From Chara braunii (lineage: Eukaryota > Plantae > Charophyceae): DNA of 61,636 nt. Position numbers and translations under genes: made by a program. Numbering within the stretch: the stretch's first letter is position 1; each line of letters starts with the position of its first letter. Positions 12,725-22,100 of the stretch are shown here, piece after piece. The stretch spans positions 262,142 through 323,777 of the forward strand of contig BFEA01000016.1 in NCBI GenBank assembly GCA_003427395.1, in the 5' to 3' direction. The notes below the pieces were generated by a model. That model was not told where the DNA came from and made no database searches. It was given only the letters and a program-made list of their open reading frames with translations.

Positions 12725-15700
12725 GTCGAGTTCCATGTCACAGGATCTGAGATTTGTACACTTCTTTTGGAAGGATATTTGAGGCATCGACGTGGACGTC
12801 GAGAAGAGGTTCAGGCTACTATCAGGCAACCAAGTCAAGTCGGTCACCCGAAATTACAGAATTTGGGGTTTGTGTAGGTTGATGGGGTGTTTGTTTTTCT
12901 CTGCACTTTCATTTGGCGGCCGGTCGAAAAACGGGGTGCTAGGGTTGACCCCTATTTTTCGTCGGATCATTTACTGACACTAACCCTAGTTTTGTGCGGA
13001 TAATTATTTTATTTTAGTCAGATTCTGACACCCCTATAATTACCCTATTATCTTCTTATTTTCATTTCTGCTGACACTTGGCTATCAACGATGTCGAGCG
13101 CATCGGCTCCCCCTTTTTTGCAAAGCGTGGGAACCCTCCAGACCATGTCACGCAGGAGTAAAAACAAAAACAAAAACAAAAGAGATAACTTGGGGACAAC
13201 ACTTAACAACCCCAACCCCACGAACTGCCGAGACGGTCGTGGTCGGTTCGTCCCTTCGCAGCTCTAACCGGGTGCGCCAGCTGTATATCCCGCGGTCCCC
13301 TACGGCAGGATAGGTTCCCATGGGGCATAAACTTTCCTTCCCTAAGGGGTTGTCACCACTCTTAGGGGCGTATCCCTACCGAGCAACTGACCCACGTATG
13401 AAAGTTTTTACATGCAATTGCAGAGGTAGATTAGCTGAGGGCGTTTGCTCGTTCGCTGTAGTATAGATACGCTTGGTTAACGTCGAGCGGACCCAGACAT
13501 CGTTCATTCCTTGGGGCGGTAATCTCCTAAGTACGAAGCGGACGCCGGTCGACTAGGACAGTCTCAACCAACCGTGAAACCCAACATTAATCCTAGCCCC
13601 TTAGACATATCATCGAAAGAAAAATAAAATATTCACATAAAATTATATCAAAAGAAATCAACCGTAGTCGATAGAATGCATATCCAATCTGTCATGATAA
13701 CCGAGAGAATTTAAATCATCATACGGTACATCCAATCGCACAAGGTCGAAATAAAATCCGACCATCCTGGATCGAACTTTACAAAACAATCATACAACCG
13801 CCAACGAGGAGTTGGCTACCGACAATAATATTGATGTAGCCGACAAGGTAATCGACTGCCTTAGTTTTGACTTTATGAGACACGCCGCCAGAGTCATTCA
13901 TCCCAGCCTACCGCCGACCTAAGATTAGACGTTCTCGGTGCGAATACCCTGACAAGGGGAATACCCTTAGTTTTTGCAAGTGGCAGGTAGTAAGGCTAGA
14001 AATCCTGGTGTACCGCGCAAGTCGCGGCTAAGCCTGCTTGATTACCTAGGTGGGATGGTTAACTAGGGTAGAGCATGAGTGGGCGCACAGTCTGAGGCGC
14101 GCGTGTGATATTTCCGTTTGATTAAGCAGCCGGCTTGGTTGGCCGGCTTGAAATTTTGTTACTAGGAATAAGGGGTTTGTCCCTGCTCAGGATAGAGGAC
14201 CGTTGGTTGTCTGACGTTCGGGGTGGGGTGCGAGGCGGCCACGACACAAAGAGGGCAAGCCGACGCAGGGGCCTAGCGATAGCATGCCTAGTTGGAAGTA
14301 GGAGTGAGGGTTGGGGCTACTTCCTAGGCCTGGGGGCTGTGCAACACCTGTTCACATGGGATACCGCGCGTGCCAGTACCAGGCTCGGGCTTAGCCCTAT
14401 AGGTTACGGTACTGGACTTGCACAGCGGAGGTACGGGGATCGAGGCCAGCGGACGGCGGCGCAGGAGTATAGGAGCGATTGAAGGGGCCGAGGGGTCGAG
14501 GGTTCCGTTGAGCTATCCCCTATGCCACAGGCACTATGCGCGCTATCGTACCGCGACGGTGCTAGGCGATCGCTAGTATGCTTTCCAAGTGTTGAGCACG
14601 GGGGGGGGGTACTCGACGAGGGCGGAAGACGATGGTGAAGCAGCTGACAGGAAGGGGGAGAGTTATTGAGTAACGAGCGTGCTGCTAAGTGGGAAGAAGG
14701 GTGAGGTGAGAGCGACGTTGGAGGAGCAGGCTACCACCTACTCCAGGACGAAGGAGTGTGAGAAGCAGCAGGGTGCATACTGAGGGACGAGGCCGAGCTC
14801 GGACACGGAAACAACTGAACCCGACCGTCGGAGTGGGCCAGGTACATGCGAGACAAGGGAGAGCGGGGAGATGGCGGAAGTGGGGCGAAGTGCAGACCGA
14901 GAGGAGCAGCACGCGTGATTCCTAACAGGAGTAGGACGGACAGGAGTCGGGATCGGGGTTTGAGAATAAGGCGAACCAGTTGGAGGAACCAGATTAGTGG
15001 GAAGGGAGGTGTAGGAGGAGTTAGTAGCGAGAAGTTGTGCGCGGAGGTAACGATCGGGCTCGGAGACAAGGGGATGCACCCGGACCCGATTTGCACCGAA
15101 TCCATTCGCAAATGGTGATGGCAGAGCAATTGGCATGGCGAGCCAGAAACCCCTTAGTTCGCTCGATCCTTGGTGGAATCGGGCAAACTTAGAGTTGATT
15201 CTGAGGATTCAAGGTCGGGCGACCTCATTAGCAAAGTTAGATTAGAGCGAGAGTTAGTGAGTTAGGAGGTGAATAGAAAAGGCGGTGCGACAGAGCTATG
15301 GCGGAGGCGAAGAAGAGAGAGGAGGAAAGTGCATAGCGCACCCAAGCACCAGCGGATTTGGGCGAGCTAAGAGCCAAGGCCGAGGTTTCTGAAAATGACG
15401 AATCCGTTGCAAAGGCTAGTCTAAGTGACAGGTTGATAGGTGGTGAGTTAGTAAGGAGGGATGTTGCATGAAGGTGGCGGAGAACGGGATATGGCAGGAA
15501 GGGAAAACGGGACAGGTTGTGTCTGATTCAGCCGATCTCGATAGAGTGAAGAGGCGGTCCGGAAGTTCGAGGTCGGCGCGAGACGGACAGGAACGCCAGC
15601 TTGGCTGGTGGATTGTCGTTTAGGTGATCGGGTGATGAGGGGCTAACGCATCTGCCCATGTTCGAGTGGAAGGTTCATTCCGGTTTTGGCTCGTTCTATA

Positions 15701-17629
15701 GGGGAGGGTAGCCTCTCGGTTGTCAGCAGGCTTTGAGCGGCGGTACTCTCCGTGGGGCTGATCCTCATCACGGTTACGACAAGGGGTGTGCATATTCTTC
15801 GTAAGTAATCCGAAATCGGTAGGCCGCCCGTCATGATCAAGGTACTGGGGGATAATTTTTAACCTGGCCGATCTCACGGCCAGGTGCGTTGGAACAAAGA
15901 GAAAAGCGGGGTGGTTGTATGACCATCCTCAGGCAGTCAAAGTAGCTTCCTCTGACACGTTTAGAGGCTGGAAGTAAACGACGATGAAAGGGGAAGAGTG
16001 ATGAACTGCTGCTTGCGGCCGGCTATGTAAGAAGAAGGCGGGGAATGTGTCGAGTTGCGGTCCGCTCGGGCCCTGCCACTGGAGTTGTTCCTCGAACGAA
16101 GGGCTCCGCCTGTAAACCTGGAGAGTCAAGTTTTATCGGATCTTGGAAGTCAGTGTTACATCTTGGAACTGCTCGACTGCCTTTGGTAAGCCAGTCGGCA
16201 AGGGGGTTGGGTAACGAAGGTCCTCGGCTGCGTCAGCAGCTATTGTCACCTACTGGGATGAGGAACATCTGCTGTAGTGAAGGGAGGTTGTACGGGCAGT
16301 GGCCGTCGGTTGCCTGGCTGTTGACCACCGCTAGGATTTGCTGCCACCTACCGCGGATCGGTGCACACCGTTGTGTACCATGTACGAATTACTGCCTATT
16401 GTTGTGGCTACTGCTGATGCAGGCGGCGGTATGTTGCCGCCGATGACTGCGATTGCTACTAGTAAGGACCTGCTATTGTGTATTGTACACAGTCCGCTAC
16501 TTGTGGGCTGCTGCTGGGTATGCGGACTGGGGCGTTGCTGACGACCGCTGCTTCGACAAGGTGGCTGTTGGTCGTGCATGAGCGACTACTACAGGCGGTG
16601 CGAGACTGTTGCTAATTGCTGTTGGCTGTATCCAAGCTGTGGCCGACGGCTGGCAGCTATCATCACTGCGGCCCACTGTTGCGGACTGAGGGAAACTGGT
16701 GCTGCTGTCGTTGACTGGGCACAACTGTTGGCTCTGGCTGGCCGACCGCCACTGGCTGAGGGGCACTACTGCTTCTGCAGGGATCTTGCCGCTGTTGATT
16801 AGGACCTTGTTGTTGGCCACAGCCGTATGCTGCTGCATGCCACTGCGCACTATTAAGGGTTGTTGTTAGTGGTGTATAACTTGCTGCCGTTGACTGTGCG
16901 TAAATTGTTGTTGCGCGCTGTTGCATACTATTGCACGCGGCTGCATACCGTTGCAGTGTGCCGTTGGATACCGCTGGCTGACGCGGGTGGCTGTGTGGCA
17001 GCGGAAGGGCTAAGGAGGAGTAATTGGACTGAGGAGGGGAGTTTGGTGCTACGAGTTGGAGGCTTGTCAGGAGGGGATACTTCTGCAAGTTGACTTCGCT
17101 GTTCAAAGCTGTCAGCTGGCTGCCATTGCGGGGCCTTCAGGCGACTGAAGATAACAAGAACCTCTCACGCGAGTCTGAGTGCACCCCTCTTGGATCCGAG
17201 AGTCTTAAAACTTTCTCTACCTGCCCTTCTTACTCTAAGTCTAGTCTACTGGTTACGAGAGGAAGGCGGCAGGCGGGATTGCAACCTGTAAGACCGCATC
17301 AAGACTCTGTGGGGAGTCATCCCACCGATTGCGAGAGCTCTTGCGGAACCTAGGCAACGTTCTGGAGGCAGGGAACCATCAGGTAATTGATCCCTACCCA
17401 TACAACACACTACACCTATGTTTGTCTATTCCCCTCTATAGTTGATTGATGTATGCCTGCCTGTCCCTATAAGTATTGCTTTCTATTCAGGACATAACCA
17501 GATTAAATAAAGAAACGCGTGTATAATGCAAGTTTTAGCTTCTTTGTCTGATTGAAAGCAGATTGTGGGGTTGCATCTGGGGGAAGGGTGGGAGAAAGGC
17601 AGTATTGCGTGAAGTTTGACCGGTCAACC

Positions 17630-18365
17630 AAAGGCTAGGCTAGTTCCATAAGTTTGGGAAGGCCCAGTGCACTATGTTTTATTTTGTATTGCCTGGAGAA
17701 TCAGACATGTTCCATAAGTTTGGGTGGTCTGGTTGCTCTGACTTGTGAGGGTTGAATGTGATTGTTTTTTCAGGAGCCAGTCAAATCCATAAGTTTGGGT
17801 AGTCTGGCAGCCTTGTTTTACTTGGGGTTTTGACAGTTTCTTTAGCCTCTGAACGAGGAGGTGAGTATGTTCCATAACTTTGGCTGGCTAAACCTCTTCC
17901 TGCTTTTGTTTTAAAGAAGAATGAACCTGGCTGAGGACCGAGACATGTTCCATAAGTTTGGGTGGTCTTGGTCCAATGCCTCGCACATGTTGAAACCATA
18001 AGGTTATAACTTTGGTATACCTTACTAATATACTATCTATGAACAAGCTAGTCAGACAGGGTTCCATAAGTTTGGGTGGTCTGACTATAGCTTATCACCA
18101 ACTGAAGAGAGTACTTAAACTAAGAATAAACTTGTGGTACGAAGGGGCAGGCTGAGTCTTGAGTTGAAGATGGTCGGCTCAGTTATATGCTACCTCAAAA
18201 GATTAAGTGCAGACAATTATATAACCTTTGGATACCTAAACAGTTCAGGGCGACTAGGATGGCCTAGTCACATGCCCAAAGAAGAGAAAAGTTGTCGTGC
18301 CCTTTGTTTGTGTATACTTCATGGTTGGGCTAGACATGTTTCATAAGTTTGGGTGGTCTAGCCTT
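17630..18365 (+). ncRNA. Putative structured-RNA array I: 7 hairpins with a constant loop (consensus AGACATGTTCCATAAGTTTGGGTGGTCT) and unique covarying stems/spacers
   Basis: Core CCATAAGTTTGGG or a variant at 17646, 17712, 17787, 17872, 17950, 18064, 18341. Flanks differ between copies but pair within each copy: GGACCGAGAC/GTCTTGGTCC, TAGTCAGAC/GTCTGACTA, GGCTAGAC/GTCTAGCC, AATCAGAC/GTCTGGTT. The repeats are seen directly; RNA function is inferred. Confidence 0.55.
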
Positions 18366-18559
18366 ATGCCCTATGTAAGTTGGGTATAAAGGGATAAATC
18401 ATTGAAAGATTATGAACTATTGTTTGTTAAGTTAACTTGGGGATGGTGAGAGTACTTACATTTATGGTTTGACCTGCATGTGACTGAGTGATGTCACTGC
18501 TTAGTCTGAGTTCAGGTTGATAGGCAGTTGCTGTAGTTGCTCACCACGTGCTAGAGCCA

Positions 18560-19170
18560 TAGGAGTTAGTTTTAATTCCTGCATCTCCTGGGAACGTTTA
18601 TTTATACTTGGTCTTGTATAAATCTTGGCAAGCGACTTTCCCTACGAGAAGCGCTGCCAAAATTTCTACAAAACCAAGGAGTTAGTCAAAACTTTGGCTT
18701 CTTCAGGATCCAGTCTTGCTGATTTGTTGACTTAGTAAGAATCTGGGAAGCCTCCTTTTCCAAAGGAAGTGCTGCCCAAATTTTTGCTAATTCAGGGAGT
18801 TAGCCAAAATTGGGCCCTGAAGGGTCAAAGTCAGTTTAGATTTCAAACTTAGCTTTGTATAAATCTTGGACTAGCACTTTCTCTACGGGAAGCGCTGCCA
18901 AAATTTCTACAAATCAAAGGAGTTGGTTGAGATTCTGCCTTAACAGAACCTAGACGTTATGTCTAAGTTCAAATCCGACTTGGTATAAATCTGGGAAACC
19001 TTCCTCCGTAAAGGAAGTGCTGCCCAAATTTCTGCTACACCAGGGAGTTGGACAAATTTTGACTTTCTGAAATCCAAAGGCTGAACTTTTGAGCTGATAT
19101 ATTTTCTGCGATGGCACTTTTTCTACGGGAAGTGTTGCCGAAATTTTCCTAAATTAGAGGAGTTAGCGTA
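18560..19170 (+). ncRNA. Putative structured-RNA array II: five ~60-70 nt hairpins at ~120-nt period, each followed by GGAGTT
   Basis: GGAGTT at 18562, 18678, 18796, 18919, 19044, 19159. Example stems: TTGTATAAATCTTGGCA/TGCCAAAATTTCTACAA and TTAGTAAGAATCTGGG/CCCAAATTTTTGCTAA, with compensatory changes, G-U pairs and a shared C-A mismatch. cUACGg loops in units 3 and 5. Confidence 0.55.
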
Positions 19171-22100
19171 TATTGTGACAGGTGGCGACGTATGTAGGAG
19201 GGTCTATGCCATAGTCTACCTTTGCTTGGGCACTGGCTAGAGGTAGACTTTGACCTAGTTAAGTATGATGACTTGAGTAAGGTCGTGATATGGAGGTTGC
19301 ACTCCATGAACTTGTAGACTTAGCTTGAGATAGGTTTGTCTTGTGTTACAGGTCTCCTTGATCGATTGATTCAGGACTTGGGCTAGATTCAACTTTGATC
19401 CTACAAGGATCACCTTCTGTTATCACTGATAACAGGTCGGTTGCCGACCCGACGGTTTACGACTCAAATCCAACTCGCCTTCCATACCCAACCTAAAAAG
19501 GCTTTAACCTTGGTGATTTTTATTGTTTTGTTAAGGTTTCACCCAGACCTTTCTTGAATGGTCATTTAACAAAGGTACAGAGTATTTAATTATGGTCGGT
19601 TGGCTGGAGGTTGGGGCTTGCATGGCTAAAGCAGGGGGTATGAGTATGGAGAGTGGTTGGGGTTGACTTCGTGTAGTGTGTGGACCTTGTTGATTCTTTG
19701 ATGTGTTCTGTGGTTCAGATTTTGGATTTATCTGTCTGCTGTCACACACATACATATGGTTTGTGGGGAGCCCCGCAGTGACTGTGAGAAGTGATCGTCA
19801 CATATTTACCCCCTTGTATATATATATGTGTGTATACCTACGTGGGAGGTTCGCATGGCCCAAGGGGTCATCTTATTAAGGGATGAATAGGGGAGAGGTA
19901 GGCAGAAAACCCCTCCCTCTTGCTTGTATGCTTTTTTTTTTTTGAATTCTTGGTCGGACGTTAATCCTGGGTCGGGGTTCAAGGTCCTTGTCCAGGACAC
20001 CCCAAGCCCTAGGCTTTGCAGGGAAGGACCCTTCCCTCGCACATAGCCTATTTGCTCTGCCCGCCGAGATACCCGACCTAGAGGGCAGAGGTGCCGCGGG
20101 GGCTGAACGGCATGTCCTTCAGTCGTTCAATATCATGAGTGGTAGCCCCCCACGATATAGTCCTTCAGCCATTCAATACCGTGAGGCCGAGACTGTGACT
20201 ATCACATATGATTAGCATCGTTGCTTGGTATAGGACAGGCATGCAACCGCGTCGCTTTATATTAAAGTATTGCGAGCGACGGTTCGTCGTCCTATCGTCT
20301 GCAGTTATGGGATCGGAAGACTCGACCGGGCGTCCGAGTGTTCAACATTGGTCGTGGAGCCAACCGCGAGAAAAAGCGGGGGTACCCAAGTTTGTGATTC
20401 TGGGGCAGGGAGGCCTTCGGCCTACTATTGCTTCTTGGGATTATTATGGTTGGACGTTGTAGTCCGTGGCAGCCGTCAAAGTCAAACCCCTTTACTCGTA
20501 TCCGGGCCTGGAGTGGGGCTCACCTCCAGGGCGGCAAGAAACAGCTGCCACCACAGGTGTGGACCTGTGTACCACCCACTCTGCAGAAGGTGCAGAAGAG
20601 GGTGTGTGGTCTTCAACCGCGCATGGCGGTTGTCCAGCGTCGAGAGATTAACCCTCAAGGCGCGTGTCAGCCGACACTTGAGTGTCGAGTGCGACCCTCG
20701 AGATGTGTGAGGACCGCATAAGTATGGGTACTACATAGTACGCCATCATTGTGGCTGTGTGCATATGCTTGCATCGTGAGTCGATATGAGTTAGCCCTGC
20801 GTCCACGCGGTTTTTTTTTCAAGTCTCGCGCGCGACGCCTATCCGAATTCCGCGTCGAAAAGTTATGGGATGGCTACCGAGGGGCTAAGAGCGTTGTCGC
20901 GTTGTCTGGGTTAAGTCGTTCCGTGCGTGCGTCGTATGTGTGCGTGTTAATTTTGTGGTCGTAAAGTGGTGTGTGTGTGGCGTGTGGGATGCGTCCTAGT
21001 CGACCGGCGACGAGTCAAGCTTGGGACCTCAGCCCCCCAAGATGTCGGTTCGCGTGCGGGTTCGATAGAGGCGTACTACCGCACGTACCCTCCTATGCTA
21101 CAGCGAACGAGAAACGCCCTCGGCTGGTCCACCTCTGCGATTGCAGCTGATCAACTTCCATATTGTGGACTGGTAGCTCGGCGGGGATACGCCCACAAAA
21201 GGGAGGTGACAACTTTCGTAAGGTGGAGGTAAGTCGTGCCTCGCGTAGGCCCTGTCCTGTCGTAGGGGCTCGCGAGAGGTATGGTTGACGCACTCGGCCG
21301 GAGCGGCTTGCGGAAGCTCCATGTATGTATCGCGACGAGGACTAAGTGTCCAACTCCTGCGTGACGAGGCCGGGAGGGTCCCGCGCTACCCATGAGTGGT
21401 ATCGGACCGATGCGCTCGACAACGCGCACACCTGTCCTCATACATTCCCAATATTTTTGGATGACAAATTGTTTCGTGGATCATTCTTTATCAGGGGCAT
21501 CGCTTGAAGTGTTGCATGTCTCTCTCTCTAGTAAGTGGTTTGGGTTACTCCTTCTCCTCGCCCGAGCACAAAACTCGGATCTCAGAAGTCAGGCCATCTC
21601 CACTGAATCGGCAAGTACCCCCTTGTAAAACGGTCCACTCTGGGTCGATAACAGGGCAAACGCCCTCGATTGTACATCTCGCGGTCCCCTACGACAGGAT
21701 CGATTCCCATGGGGCATAAACTTTCCTTCCCTAAGGGGTTGTCACCACTCTTTGGTACGCACACCTATCCTCATACATTCCCAATCTTTTTGGATGACAG
21801 ATTATTTTATGAATGATTCTTAATCAGCGGCATTGCTTAAACTGTTGCACGTCTCTCTCTCTAGGAAGTGGTCTGGGTTACTCCTTCTCCTCGTCCGTGA
21901 ACAAAACCCGGATCTCAGAAGTCGGGCCGTCTCCACCGAATTGGCAAGTACCCCCTCGTAGAACGGTCCACTCTGGATCGATAACAGGGTCGGCTCCTAA
22001 AGCAACGGACCCCCGCCCCAGATGCTTCCTAGAGAAAGAGAATGTGTCCAATGCAAGTATGTTTCTGTTTTTCTCATTTGTCCTGAGCTCAAGGTAACTC

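Larger units (their letters stand above)
9700..12800 (+). mobile_element. Decayed Ty3/Gypsy-like LTR retrotransposon gag-protease region, truncated before RT
   Basis: Gag-like segment ESVLTFGRRFEKMSNVLVAMGKLSEVDKCTSFISRL (ORF 10732-11091), an R/D-rich linker, a zinc-knuckle relic and an aspartic protease-like motif occur in gag-pol order. Many stops and frameshifts; boundaries approximate. Confidence 0.75.
13933..21421 (+). mobile_element. Nested ~7.5-kb solo LTR of a sister family, opposite orientation
   Basis: Starts TCTCGGTGCGAATACCCCTGACAAGGGG (host LTR 5' end on the minus strand is TGTCGGGAAAAATACCCTGACAAGGG). Ends CCGATGCGCTCGACA, identical to the host LTR 3' end. Flanked by ACGT/ACGC, a probable 4-bp TSD; the empty site is visible in LTR copy 2 at ~30405. 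Confidence 0.8.

Noticed and set aside
17630-18365. Bona fide CRISPR array
   Set aside because: Eukaryotic LTR context, no cas genes, irregular spacing, and the apparent spacers pair across each repeat. Reported instead as a hairpin array.
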